This document shows positions 7,264 to 16,694 of a stretch of 24,962 nucleotides of DNA, piece by piece (the first letter of the stretch is position 1; each line of letters opens with the position of its first letter). Made by a program: the position numbers and the translations under genes. The stretch comes from a virus. Taxonomy: Duplodnaviria; Caudoviricetes. Location: positions 1-24,962 of IMG/VR virus record IMGVR_UViG_3300017978_000113, one strand, 5' to 3'. Below the pieces are notes generated by a model. It was not told the origin of the DNA. It saw only the letters and a program-made list of their open reading frames with translations, and searched no databases.

Positions 7264-7852
7264 TTTGTACAAATTTTACCCCTCTTACTTCGGCTGTAGC
7301 TGGAACAGAAGGCGTTAAAGATACTAATAAATATCTGTTTGCTGTAACGTCAAATGCAATGGAACTTTGTGTATTTCCACTAGTTACTAAATCTGAATTA
7401 GTAGCTAAAGCAGAATTTAAAGTTAAGATATTACTAGATGAAATAAAAGAATTTCTAATCATATTAAAATAACCAGAAGTTGCAGCGTTTCCACTTGTTG
7501 CAATCAATGTAGCACCCGTTAAAGTACTTGTTGTATTTATGTAAAGTTTTGCTTGTAAACTTACTGCACCACTTGTTGAACCAACTTTCAAAGCAATCTC
7601 AAAAGAACCATTAGCAGCGAAAGTATTTGCTGGAATCAAATAACTACCCACCAGCGTTTCACCCGTTGCTAATGCACTTTGTAAAGTAGTGTTTACATAT
7701 TTACGGTATCCAACACTACCACCTCCTCCACCTAAATCAGCGATGTCTTGAGTTGTTACTTTTACCGTTGCACCACCTTGCACAATCGGCACGACCTCAG
7801 TACCATCTAATGTGCTACCTGCCGTTAATTCTGATATTTTTACTTCAGCCAT
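7253..7852 (-). CDS. short tail-fibre/appendage-like structural protein
   Basis: N-terminal VKISELT..LDGTEVVPIVQGGATVKVT attachment-type segment, G6 hinge, then S/T/G-rich beta domain. Confidence 0.6.
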   Translation of the reverse strand: MAEVKISELTAGSTLDGTEVVPIVQGGATVKVTTQDIADLGGGGGSVGYRKYVNTTLQSALATGETLVGSYLIPANTFAANGSFEIALKVGSTSGAVSLQAKLYINTTSTLTGATLIATSGNAATSGYFNMIRNSFISSSNILTLNSALATNSDLVTSGNTQSSIAFDVTANRYLLVSLTPSVPATAEVRGVKFVQNEA

Positions 7853-7863
7853 ATTTTATTTTT

Positions 7864-8088
7864 TTATCTTTCTAATAATGTTTCACCTGCCCAAGAATTG
7901 TCATAGATAGAACCAAAGCCACCTGCATTGAAAGTAGTTTCAGTTACTAATAGATTGTCGTTCTCAGTTGACATAAACGAACCATTCTCAGCAAGTATGT
8001 TTGTTACTTCTAATCCGTTAATCTGTCCATCAGCACCCCAACTTATTGTGTTCAGAACGCCTTCACCCCAATTAATGTTATTTGCCAT
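7864..8088 (-). CDS. small putative virion protein
   Basis: 74 aa with repeated WG and L.TEN motifs, in the structural operon. Confidence 0.65.
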   Translation of the reverse strand: MANNINWGEGVLNTISWGADGQINGLEVTNILAENGSFMSTENDNLLVTETTFNAGGFGSIYDNSWAGETLLER

Positions 8089-8164
8089 CTTTCTTTATCT
8101 TATTAAGAAACGTCTTTAATTTGTTTATGTTTTCTTTCTTAGGTGTGTAGATTCGTTTTTTCAT
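8078..8164 (-). CDS. small basic peptide (28 aa, not in ORF track)
   Basis: MKKRIYTPKKENINKLKTFLNKIKKDGK*; ATGA overlap with adaptor stop and overlap with next start. Confidence 0.5.
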   Translation of the reverse strand: MKKRIYTPKKENINKLKTFLNKIKKDGK

Positions 8165-8664
8165 AGATACCATCCGATGTAATTATTATTAGAATCTGGG
8201 TACATATCGTTATTCACATTAGCACGGTACTCAGGGAAAATGTCGTTATTAAAACTCATATAACTAATGAATCTCTCTGTGTAGTGTTGTGCAATTGAAC
8301 GTTCTTTCTCCAATAGGTAATCCACTTCGTTTTTATCTACGTTCTCAGAGTTCTCAGATGAATGCTTGTAAACTCCTTTGTTTGCGATTGTGTAAGCTGC
8401 AAAAGGTAAGTATTCAACCATTGCCCAATGAATAAGCATAGGCTTCACGTATGTTTCAACCAAAGATTCATAGTTACCTGTAAGAGTTCCTGCGATGATG
8501 TCCGCTTGTAGTTTCTCAAATAGCTTAGAACCTAAGTAGTTTTGTATGTGAATGTCCTGAGCGATTTTGACAAACTGAATGAACTTGTCAGTATCAACGT
8601 TACCATTTAACGCAGTAAATTTAACGATGTCATTTCTTGTTATGAATAGTGCCTCTGCTGCCAT
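8161..8664 (-). CDS. putative head-tail adaptor
   Basis: helical 167-aa protein (IKIAQD-like KIAQDIHIQNYLGSKLFEKL) coupled to the portal gene. Confidence 0.6.
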   Translation of the reverse strand: MAAEALFITRNDIVKFTALNGNVDTDKFIQFVKIAQDIHIQNYLGSKLFEKLQADIIAGTLTGNYESLVETYVKPMLIHWAMVEYLPFAAYTIANKGVYKHSSENSENVDKNEVDYLLEKERSIAQHYTERFISYMSFNNDIFPEYRANVNNDMYPDSNNNYIGWYL

Positions 8665-10442
8665 TATTTCCCGTATGTTTTATTTGTTGGTAAAAAGCCA
8701 TTGTAAGGCATATCAACAGGTCTTTGTGAAACTAAAGCGTTGTTCTTAATTGTATATCCGAATTTCTCAGCTTTCTTTCCTGCAATCTGTTTTGCTTTAG
8801 GTGAGTTAACATCTATTCCACGTCCTTCAAAATTAGCATACACTTGCTTGTTCCATCTGTGGTGACAATTTCCTCCTCCTTTGTACTTCCAAATGTCGTA
8901 CTGATTAGCACCTTTTGCTCCCCATCCTTCATTTACTGTTTGGTTATTCATTCTCAAGATATCCTCTTTGCGGTAAATCTTGTTAGCAGACATCATCTTT
9001 TGACAAAATGGACGTGACTTAGCAGACGTTTCACCTGCGTAAACATAGCGTGTAATGAATCTGATTCCATCAATATCTTCATCCTGCTCTGATTTAGCAT
9101 TAGGATTAGCAGTACCTGTGGAAACAAAGTTGTATATCTTGCTTAATAAAGACGTTTTAGGCTCGTTTAAGAGCATTTCGTTCTCTGCGTCATCATTATC
9201 ATAGTCAACTGCAAATTCGTCTATTAGAAGCCAATCTGCATTTGGTGATTCACCTAAGTCAATCAATGCTTGTGCTACTTCGTTATCCATTGCACTTAAC
9301 TCAGTTCCATCTGTACCTGTTTCTTCAGCAATTTGCTCTTCAGTTTGTGCGTTCTCTAAATCAACGAATTCCAAAGGTTGTAATGTACGGAAATATAGTT
9401 TCAATGAGATTCCGTTTACTGCTAAGATTGCATCAAATGCTTCTAACAATTCCTCCTGCATTGGACGAATCACCATATTATCAAATAAGATAGCAGAGTT
9501 TTTAAGTTCATCTGCATTGCTTGAGAATCCATTTGATGAAGCAACTCCAAATAACAAAGGAGAAGTCACGTTATGACCTAACATAATCTTACGTAAACAT
9601 TCTTCAGATAAGTATGTGTAATGCTCAGGTGCATCGTTTAATGGAATATCTTCAACTGTTGTTTTGGATTCAGCATTGTCATTGAAAGCAACGATTACTT
9701 TTTGCCCTCGTGAACCTGTTAGCTTGTTTAATACCTTAGATGTTATGATTGATTGTTGCTCTTCAGTAGGAACTCCATTGTTGAAGTTGACTACTTTAGT
9801 TCCTGAGAATCCGTTTTGTACTTCATTAATCAAGTAATCAGCTATTTCCTCCTCCAAAAGTGCATATGGAAGTGCCCCTTGATAGTCAGGATAAGCATAG
9901 TATTTCATTCCAACTGCATAAGGCTTAGAGAATAGAATCTCTACCTTTTCTTTTGAGTATCCAAATGCAGGAATGCGTTTTGGTTCGAACTTTTTAGTGT
10001 CACTCCAATCATCAGAGTAGTAATACGCCTCAATTTCTCCATCTTTATTGCACTTCTCAGCACGTAGTAAGTTCACAGGCATATGATAAGCCTTTAAAAT
10101 CTTATCGTGTTTATCATTGTAGTGTACCTGAATAGCGAATTGCCCTAACATTTTTCTGTCAAGTACCATTTTACGCACACAATCCTTGTTGAATAAACTC
10201 ATCATTTGAGCATACTCATTTGGCTTGCGATTAGCATCTAATGCACTAAGTCCTTTACCGTAAACTAAGCGTGAAATATTATTAATGATTGCTGAGTTCG
10301 TTGTGGAGTTCGTGTATCTGTCTATAAGGAAAGAATAGAAATCGTTCGAATCACCAAAATCCACCCAATTATCACGCTTGGATTCTTGGATTGTGGGAGT
10401 TGTATAAGCACTTAGACTTAATATGTGTACGTTATCACTCAT
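8664..10442 (-). CDS. portal protein with C-terminal Cys/His (minor head protein-like) extension
   Basis: about 360-aa portal-like N-part (YYAYPDY, NGFSG, IMLGHNVTSPLLFG, VIRPMQ), acidic linker, then SRPFC..KGGGNCHHRW. Confidence 0.75.
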   Translation of the reverse strand: MSDNVHILSLSAYTTPTIQESKRDNWVDFGDSNDFYSFLIDRYTNSTTNSAIINNISRLVYGKGLSALDANRKPNEYAQMMSLFNKDCVRKMVLDRKMLGQFAIQVHYNDKHDKILKAYHMPVNLLRAEKCNKDGEIEAYYYSDDWSDTKKFEPKRIPAFGYSKEKVEILFSKPYAVGMKYYAYPDYQGALPYALLEEEIADYLINEVQNGFSGTKVVNFNNGVPTEEQQSIITSKVLNKLTGSRGQKVIVAFNDNAESKTTVEDIPLNDAPEHYTYLSEECLRKIMLGHNVTSPLLFGVASSNGFSSNADELKNSAILFDNMVIRPMQEELLEAFDAILAVNGISLKLYFRTLQPLEFVDLENAQTEEQIAEETGTDGTELSAMDNEVAQALIDLGESPNADWLLIDEFAVDYDNDDAENEMLLNEPKTSLLSKIYNFVSTGTANPNAKSEQDEDIDGIRFITRYVYAGETSAKSRPFCQKMMSANKIYRKEDILRMNNQTVNEGWGAKGANQYDIWKYKGGGNCHHRWNKQVYANFEGRGIDVNSPKAKQIAGKKAEKFGYTIKNNALVSQRPVDMPYNGFLPTNKTYGK

Positions 10443-10767
10443 ATACTATGAATTCGTTTGTTGTATTGTTTGATATGTATTGTCCATCATTCACAGAGAA
10501 CTCGGATATTGTTTGGTCGGTACAGAATATCTTATCCTTATGACAGATAGTTGTTCCGTTTGTTAATAGTAAAGTGTATCCGTGATTTTCTACAAGTGCA
10601 AAGGTTGCAGTAATCGTGTTTGCATAGCCACCTTGAGTTGAACTTGTGATTGCAACTGTCGTTGTTACGTTCGTCTGCTCATCAGTAATTGACATCGTTG
10701 TGTAATTCTCAAATCTTGGAATGAAACTAAATGTTTGTGCTGAAGTAGATGTTGTTAATACTATCAT
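10435..10767 (-). CDS. small beta-rich structural protein; true start likely MIVLTT at 10767
   Basis: the 10836 start of the ORF track lies upstream of a terminator; a promoter motif sits right before ATG 10767. Confidence 0.7.
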   Translation of the reverse strand: MIVLTTSTSAQTFSFIPRFENYTTMSITDEQTNVTTTVAITSSTQGGYANTITATFALVENHGYTLLLTNGTTICHKDKIFCTDQTISEFSVNDGQYISNNTTNEFIVYE

Positions 10768-10773
10768 ATGTAT

Positions 10774-10801
10774 TAAACGACAAAAGAAAGAAAACGTTTT
10801 A
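10774..10801 (-). promoter_or_regulatory. ECF-type late promoter
   Basis: TAAAAC-N16-CGTTTA, ATG 9 nt after CGT. Confidence 0.6.
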
Positions 10802-10830
10802 AAATAGAAAAGGGAAGCCGAAGCCTCCCT
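10801..10830 (-). terminator. intrinsic terminator after tail tube gene
   Basis: AGGGAGGC-UUCG-GCUUCCCU then UUUCUAUUUU. Confidence 0.85.
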
Positions 10831-10854
10831 AATCACGCTATGAAAAAGTATAGA

Positions 10855-11397
10855 TTAAGCAGTTACAATAGTAGCTGAACCAAATGCAGTTGCTAAAGCA
10901 GTTTCTGTAGATACATCAATTAGATTGGCAGTCAATTTCTCAGTCCCAACCATAGTCAAGGTATATCCGTTTAGGTCTCCCATCGCACTACCATTCATCA
11001 CGTTTGCAGTAGTCAATTCCATTCCGTGTTCTAAACCTGCGAAAAAGAATTGGTTGTTTCTGTTTTTAACGATAACGTATGGACGACCATAAGAAAGTAA
11101 CTTAACATTTTTGTGAGTAGTTGAATCTTGTTTTTTCAAAGTGAAAGTCAAAGTTTGCTCAACAAAAGATGTTCCGTTCTCACGAGAAGATGTAATTACT
11201 TGGTCAAAAGTATTAGCACCTTTTAATTCATATTTATATAAGTTAGTAACACCAGCAACAGAATCAATTACATCTGTGTTAGTACCATCATAAGTTATAC
11301 CTGTGTAGTCTCCGAAGTTAATGAAGTAGATAGCGTCAATCCCGCCTACTGCATCCTTACATACTTCCAATCTACCGTTTGCAATATCACAAGCCAT
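10855..11397 (-). CDS. major tail tube protein (putative)
   Basis: 180 aa beta-rich, MACDI..CKDAVGGI, SRENGTSFVEQTLTF, GDLNGYTLT; bracketed by terminators like a highly expressed gene. Confidence 0.65.
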   Translation of the reverse strand: MACDIANGRLEVCKDAVGGIDAIYFINFGDYTGITYDGTNTDVIDSVAGVTNLYKYELKGANTFDQVITSSRENGTSFVEQTLTFTLKKQDSTTHKNVKLLSYGRPYVIVKNRNNQFFFAGLEHGMELTTANVMNGSAMGDLNGYTLTMVGTEKLTANLIDVSTETALATAFGSATIVTA

Positions 11398-11420
11398 TTT
11401 TTATATTTTATAAGTTAAAC

Positions 11421-11450
11421 AAAAAAGGGAAGGCATTTGACCTCCCCTTT
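11421..11450 (-). terminator. intrinsic terminator after major capsid gene
   Basis: GGGGAGG-N7-CCUUCCC then U6. Confidence 0.8.
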
Positions 11451-11469
11451 CAATTAGTGTCTGTTAATA

Positions 11470-12423
11470 TTAGTTAGCAGAGTTTGTGATTCCGTATGTT
11501 ACCATATCTTCAGCAAAACCATATTTCGCATCTGCGGTGAAACGCATTACTACTCGGACGTTCTCCGAACCGTCCAAATCTGCTAAATCAATGACTTTCA
11601 CTTGGTTCATATCGTTCAACAAACCTGTTGCGAAGTGCAAATTAGAAGTTGTAGTTGCGATACCTGTGTTAGCAGCCAAACCGTTAGCCATAAAGATAGG
11701 AGTACCATCGAAGCTCAAAGAACCGTTTGTGTACCATTGAGTACCCATATTGTTTGTACCATTTGCTCCTAAACCTGATGCACCAAATCCACCCAAAGCA
11801 CGGATATATGCTTTAACGATGTTTTGAGATAAATACAATTTCAAATCAGGTTGTCCGTACATACGTGCAGGAATAGCATCAACCAATTTACCGATTTCAG
11901 CAACAACGTTTGCAGCAGTTACAGTTGTACCAGCAACTTCTTGTGCAGCAGGTAAAGCAGCATCAGCAGCGATTTGTGTAGCGATACCATCGAATTGACC
12001 AGCAGTTGCGTTAGCACCTGTCCAGATTGTTGTCTCCATAGAAGAAGCAACTTTGTCAGCAACGTATCCGATTAAGTAATCAGAGAAAGATTTAGGAAGT
12101 ACATCAAATGCAGAGTATCCCATCTCGTTTGCTTGCCAAGTTGAATGGAAGTCTTTTTTACAAAGTTGTAAGTTAACTTGGAATTCCTCAGGTTGAAGAA
12201 CACGCTCAGTCAAAGTAACTGTAGAAGTAGGGGTGAAATCGCAAGATGCATTGGAAATCACGCCATCTGTACCGATTTTTTGAATTACTTGTTTGTACTT
12301 TACATTCGGGTGAATAGTTAAACCACCTTGCTCTAAGGTTGGAGCAGATAACAATGCAGCAGCAATGTATTTGCCTGCGAACTCACCTGCGTAAGTTGTA
12401 GTAATTGACGTTGTAGTAGCCAT
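11470..12423 (-). CDS. major capsid protein
   Basis: 317 aa after scaffold and protease, HK97-like layout (long helix ending TIWTG, GQFDGI), followed by terminator. Confidence 0.8.
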   Translation of the reverse strand: MATTTSITTTYAGEFAGKYIAAALLSAPTLEQGGLTIHPNVKYKQVIQKIGTDGVISNASCDFTPTSTVTLTERVLQPEEFQVNLQLCKKDFHSTWQANEMGYSAFDVLPKSFSDYLIGYVADKVASSMETTIWTGANATAGQFDGIATQIAADAALPAAQEVAGTTVTAANVVAEIGKLVDAIPARMYGQPDLKLYLSQNIVKAYIRALGGFGASGLGANGTNNMGTQWYTNGSLSFDGTPIFMANGLAANTGIATTTSNLHFATGLLNDMNQVKVIDLADLDGSENVRVVMRFTADAKYGFAEDMVTYGITNSAN

Positions 12424-12447
12424 TTTTTAAATTTTAATTAGTTAATA

Positions 12448-13047
12448 TTATTTATTTAATTTTTCAAAGATTGAATCCAAAGTTGTTTTTGCTCTTTTGT
12501 TTGAGAACTTAAACATCTCTACTGTATTCGTGTTTTCAGGATTGTGCATTATTGGTTTTGGCTCTTCTGAAAGTTCGGTTGCTTCCGTTGCAACTTCGTT
12601 AACTTTAGAAAGCAATTCCAATTTAGCTTTCAATTCAATATTTTCGTTTTTAAGTGCTTCGATTTCTGAGAAGAAAGTTTCTTTCACGATTGATTCGATA
12701 GTTTTCTTAGCAGCAGGTGCAGATGGTGCGGATGCCTCAACTTCAACTTCCTCTTCTACTTCAGCCTCAGGTGCAACTTCCTCTTCAACTTCTTCTTCTT
12801 TTACTGCCTCTTTTACTTCTTTGATGATACCTTCAACTTCAACGACAAGAATCATTCCGTTCTCTAATTCGTATTCACCTACAGGTAAAGGAATTTTTTG
12901 CTCGTCTTCAGTAACAACGAATACTTCGTTATCCATTTCAAATGCGTCTGCTTCAAGAACTGTTACTCCATCCATTAGCTTCATCATCTCAAGTTTAACT
13001 TCCATTCCAAGAAGTTCTTTGATTTTGTTAATTGTGTTATTTTTCAT
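12448..13047 (-). CDS. capsid scaffolding protein
   Basis: very Glu-rich, PLPVGEYELENG..VEVEGII motif, coiled-coil C-half, immediately upstream of capsid gene. Confidence 0.7.
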   Translation of the reverse strand: MKNNTINKIKELLGMEVKLEMMKLMDGVTVLEADAFEMDNEVFVVTEDEQKIPLPVGEYELENGMILVVEVEGIIKEVKEAVKEEEVEEEVAPEAEVEEEVEVEASAPSAPAAKKTIESIVKETFFSEIEALKNENIELKAKLELLSKVNEVATEATELSEEPKPIMHNPENTNTVEMFKFSNKRAKTTLDSIFEKLNK

Positions 13048-13057
13048 TTTTCGTTTA

Positions 13058-13414
13058 TTAAAATTGCTGTACTTTATCTATTACTGAACTTAATGCTTCC
13101 CAAGACTTATTTACTTCATTGTAATTTGGGATTGAAGTAGGGTTAATTCCTAATTCTTTTGCTTTTGCTTCTACAGTGTTAATTAATTTTGCTTGTACGC
13201 CCAATATTGAGTTAGCACCTTTAGACTCCGTTAACATTTTCTTGTAAGAATCTTCGTAACTTTTGATTGATAAATTAACAGCGTCAGTTGCTTTTTGTAA
13301 AAACACAATTGATTGTTTTAGGTCATCGGCTAAAGCTAAATTAACTTCGTGAGAAGCTAACTCTGTTACCTCGTTGATTGCTGATACTTTCTTAAATACT
13401 TCGTTTAATCCCAT
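13058..13414 (-). CDS. helical hypothetical protein, paralog of 13665..14036
   Basis: shares L.SH.V.LAL.D.LK and AKELGI..P with 13665..14036. Confidence 0.75.
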   Translation of the reverse strand: MGLNEVFKKVSAINEVTELASHEVNLALADDLKQSIVFLQKATDAVNLSIKSYEDSYKKMLTESKGANSILGVQAKLINTVEAKAKELGINPTSIPNYNEVNKSWEALSSVIDKVQQF

Positions 13415-13430
13415 TGTTCTTTTTTTTTAT

Positions 13431-13458
13431 AAAACGTTTCTATTATATTTCTGTTGTA
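13431..13458 (-). promoter_or_regulatory. ECF-type late promoter (scaffold/capsid)
   Basis: TACAAC-N16-CGTTTT. Confidence 0.65.
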
Positions 13459-13461
13459 TTT

Positions 13462-13662
13462 TTATCCGTTCTGACGTACGATTGTTCTCGTTCCGCCATT
13501 GACTGTTACCGTGACATTTTCAGTTCCTGTAATCGCTCCTATGCCCTGTGCTTCCAAACTTCCATCACAACATTTCTTGGAGTATTTTCCATCTTTGCAT
13601 AAGCATCCTCTTTTGCTACCTAATCTTGGTGAAGAGTAGCTTGGTGTTTTAAACTTGCTCAT
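13462..13662 (-). CDS. small Cys-rich protein in head module
   Basis: RGCLCKDGKYSKKCCDGSLEAQGIG. Confidence 0.75.
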   Translation of the reverse strand: MSKFKTPSYSSPRLGSKRGCLCKDGKYSKKCCDGSLEAQGIGAITGTENVTVTVNGGTRTIVRQNG

Positions 13663-13664
13663 TG

Positions 13665-14036
13665 TTATTTGTGTTTGTTTATGAATCTAAGAACTTCTGT
13701 AAGTGTTACTGCATTTTTATCGTATTGCTTTACCTCAGGTAAGTTTTCAATTTGAGCAGCACCAATACCTAATTCCTTAGCAATTTCAACCATTCGGTCA
13801 TATGTACCTGCAGTTGTTTTAATTCCTGCACTTGCTTCAGAAAATAAACTTTGTAAACTTTTTATTTCAGAATTAATCTGATTCATTTTATCTTGAAGTC
13901 CTTTGATATTTTTATTATCAAACTCTACATTTCTTTTCAAATTATCAGACAATGCCAAATCAACTTTATGACTTTCTAATTTAGCTTCTACTTTTGCAGT
14001 AATGTCTGCAATGATTTGTTCTTTAGTTGTTTTCAT
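13665..14036 (-). CDS. helical hypothetical protein, paralog of 13058..13414
   Basis: LESHKVDLALSDNLK and IAKELGI motifs, coiled-coil character. Confidence 0.75.
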   Translation of the reverse strand: MKTTKEQIIADITAKVEAKLESHKVDLALSDNLKRNVEFDNKNIKGLQDKMNQINSEIKSLQSLFSEASAGIKTTAGTYDRMVEIAKELGIGAAQIENLPEVKQYDKNAVTLTEVLRFINKHK

Positions 14037-14613
14037 TTTCTATGATTATTTGTTTAATTTTTTCGATTAATAAATCCTCCTCAGTCATTTGAGACATTTC
14101 TAATTTGTCAGCGAAGTAACCTTCAATAGAGAATCCTTTTACTTTTCCTGCTTTAACGTCTTTCCATACCTCATCATTGTTCACCTTCATTGAAATCATC
14201 CAGGTTCCTTTTGGTAAACTGAATCCGTATTTAACTGATTTGTCGTGTTTGTCATCTTCAATAATCCAAGATTCAACTACGCTCATTCCGTCCAATTTCT
14301 TGTCGTGTTCGTAAGTAGCGTTGTTTTGATTTGAACGCATTAAGAATAACTCGGATGCTTTGCGTACCGTGTCCTCAGAGAAGTAAATGTAATACTCTTC
14401 ATTCTTTGCGTTACGTCTGTAGATTTGTTTGTTAGGGACTAAAGCAGCACCCATTAGGATGCGTTTCTCTTGGTCAACTTCCTTTAATTCTACTTCGTGT
14501 TTTGATAGATGAATGAAGTTCTCCTCAATGGCAGGCGATTCCACTACGGAAACCGCATCAATTCCACTCATTGAATCTTTCTCGTCAATTATAAGTTCGA
14601 TAATTTTGTACAT
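14023..14613 (-). CDS. prohead maturation protease (XkdF/S80-like)
   Basis: SVVESPAIEENF, GAALVP, YEH, VVESWI, PKGTW, KGFSIEG motifs. Confidence 0.8.
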   Translation of the reverse strand: MYKIIELIIDEKDSMSGIDAVSVVESPAIEENFIHLSKHEVELKEVDQEKRILMGAALVPNKQIYRRNAKNEEYYIYFSEDTVRKASELFLMRSNQNNATYEHDKKLDGMSVVESWIIEDDKHDKSVKYGFSLPKGTWMISMKVNNDEVWKDVKAGKVKGFSIEGYFADKLEMSQMTEEDLLIEKIKQIIIENENN

Positions 14614-14619
14614 AATATA

Positions 14620-14646
14620 AAAACGTTTTATTTAACTAATGTTGCA
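14620..14646 (-). promoter_or_regulatory. ECF-type late promoter (protease)
   Basis: TGCAAC-N15-CGTTTT, ATG 9 nt after CGT. Confidence 0.6.
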
Positions 14647-16694
14647 TTTTCAATTCTATTTCGGTCTAATGACTGAGCAGATGTTACATCTCCCGACACT
14701 ACATAAGCCTTAGTTGGTTGTTGTTGTAACTGTGCTAATTGATTGATGCTTGAGTTACCTACAACGTTAAAGGATGGTGACATAACAGAACCTGCTCCTC
14801 CACCTGTTCCTCCACCTCCTCCACCGCCTGTTGGGTCAGCAGGAGGAGTTCCACCACCTAATGTTTTTAATGCCTTTGCAGTTGCAGCAATGTTTGCTGC
14901 TATTCCAATACCTGTTGAAATGTTATTCATTGCAATTACAGGTGCTGCCGCTGCTCCACTTGTTGCAATTGATTGTGGAGTTGCTAATGCTCCTGCATTT
15001 GCTAATTTATTTGCAATAACCATCTTAGCAATACCAATAGCCGATTCTGCAATTACTGCTGCTTTTTGAACTCCTTTTGATTTTTCAAATAAACCTTTTA
15101 CTAATGCAATACCTTGCAATGCAGTATCAAGTCCTTGTTGTTGAATAGCTGCCTTTTGTTCTGCTACTGCTTTAGCCTCTTCTACCTCTTTTTTATACCG
15201 CTCGGTTTCAGCAAATGCCAGCCTTGTTTTTACCTCATCAATACCAACTAATCCTTTTTTCTGTTGCTCTTGTGAATCTTTTGACCTTGTAACAAAATCG
15301 GCTTGTAGCATAGCTACTTTATCTAATCCTAAACGAGTAGTGTCAATCTGACGGTCTTCTAAGTCTTTAAGTTCTTTAGCTTTAGCTGCTTCTAAATCAG
15401 TCGTGTCTTTTTTATGTTTTTTAGCCAGTGCAATCTGAGCATCATATTTTTCTTTGACATCACGAACTTGCTTATCATATTCAGACTTAAATACATCGGT
15501 TGCTTCACGATTGTTTTTCTTTATCTCATTTAATTCTTCAATTGATTTATCGTGTTGCTCTTTTTGTAAGTCTTTGAGTTTGTCGTTCTTTTCTTTTTCC
15601 TCTTGTATTGCTTTATTCTTTGCATCCGTTAATTCCTGTTGGACTTCAACTTGATTTTGATAAATAACATTTCTCTTATTTTGGTATGCTTCTTTTAAAT
15701 CTGCATATTCCTCTTTAAGTGCCTCACGCGTTTTAGTAACTAACTCCCTTTGTTTTTGAATCTGCTCATCTGCTAAACCTTGCATTTGGTATGATGCCAG
15801 AATGTTCTTATTTTTTTCGTATGTATTTCGTGCAGTTGCAACCGATGCCTCTTCTAAAGCAATTTGTTCATCAGCGTGTTTTAACGCTAACTTTCTTAAA
15901 GCCTCAGCACTTGCACCTGCTGCTTTAGCCATATTATACTCGTGACCGTTCTTTTCTTTGAGTGCATCACCTGCCTTATCTGCTGATGCCTTTTGTTTCT
16001 TTAATGCCTCTGTGTTTCGTGCAGTAGCTGCCGCAGCAGCATCATTTGCTTGTGAGGATTCCTGGAACATTGTAATCAACTTGTATCCAATTGCAACCAA
16101 TGCTGCAAGACCTGCTACAATTGCCACAACTGGATTGGCTGCCATTGCAGTGTTGTATAACCATTGAAATGCAGTTAATACTTTTTGAAATGCAGATGTT
16201 GCCTTAATCGTTTCACCTAAGGACTTGAATGATTTTATGCTTTCTCGTACTCCCTCAATACCTTGCTGAATAGCCATTGCGGATTGCACCTTCAATAAAG
16301 CACCTTCCACTTGCTCGGATTCAACTCCAAATGCACCCATAGCACCCTGAGCAACACTAAACCCTGCAGAAATCCCACTTAAAGCACCACCAAGTTTTTG
16401 ACCCATTGTACTTGCAGCTGCATCCACCGCCATATCGGTCTTTATCTGCACCTTGCGATAATCTCCAACGGTCTTTAATAAGTCTTTATATTCCTTAGTA
16501 GTAGTTTTACCTGCGTTCGCTAATTCATACAACCTATCCTCTGCCTCACCCATACGAGTTGTAAGCGGTTGCAAGTCGCCATATACCTCTTCAAAACTTG
16601 CTGATACATCGTGTGTTGCTTTGGACAAATCGTCCATTGCTTTCACAGCATCTTTCGTGTTTACATCAATTTCTATTACTCTCTTTTCAGCCAT
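14628..16694 (-). CDS. tail tape measure protein
   Basis: 688 aa Ala/Lys/Gln-rich helical, hydrophobic AMAANPVVAIVAGLAAL segment, Gly-rich C-terminal linker. Confidence 0.8.
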   Translation of the reverse strand: MAEKRVIEIDVNTKDAVKAMDDLSKATHDVSASFEEVYGDLQPLTTRMGEAEDRLYELANAGKTTTKEYKDLLKTVGDYRKVQIKTDMAVDAAASTMGQKLGGALSGISAGFSVAQGAMGAFGVESEQVEGALLKVQSAMAIQQGIEGVRESIKSFKSLGETIKATSAFQKVLTAFQWLYNTAMAANPVVAIVAGLAALVAIGYKLITMFQESSQANDAAAAATARNTEALKKQKASADKAGDALKEKNGHEYNMAKAAGASAEALRKLALKHADEQIALEEASVATARNTYEKNKNILASYQMQGLADEQIQKQRELVTKTREALKEEYADLKEAYQNKRNVIYQNQVEVQQELTDAKNKAIQEEKEKNDKLKDLQKEQHDKSIEELNEIKKNNREATDVFKSEYDKQVRDVKEKYDAQIALAKKHKKDTTDLEAAKAKELKDLEDRQIDTTRLGLDKVAMLQADFVTRSKDSQEQQKKGLVGIDEVKTRLAFAETERYKKEVEEAKAVAEQKAAIQQQGLDTALQGIALVKGLFEKSKGVQKAAVIAESAIGIAKMVIANKLANAGALATPQSIATSGAAAAPVIAMNNISTGIGIAANIAATAKALKTLGGGTPPADPTGGGGGGGTGGGAGSVMSPSFNVVGNSSINQLAQLQQQPTKAYVVSGDVTSAQSLDRNRIENATLVK

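Noticed and set aside
10768-10836. N-terminal extension of ORF 10435..10836
   Set aside because: Runs through the terminator and promoter; ATG 10767 fits better.
12497-13087. 196-aa Ser-rich plus-strand ORF
   Set aside because: Antisense shadow of the Glu-rich scaffold gene.
14743-15069. Pro-rich plus-strand ORF
   Set aside because: Antisense shadow of the Gly/Ala-rich tape measure C-terminus.
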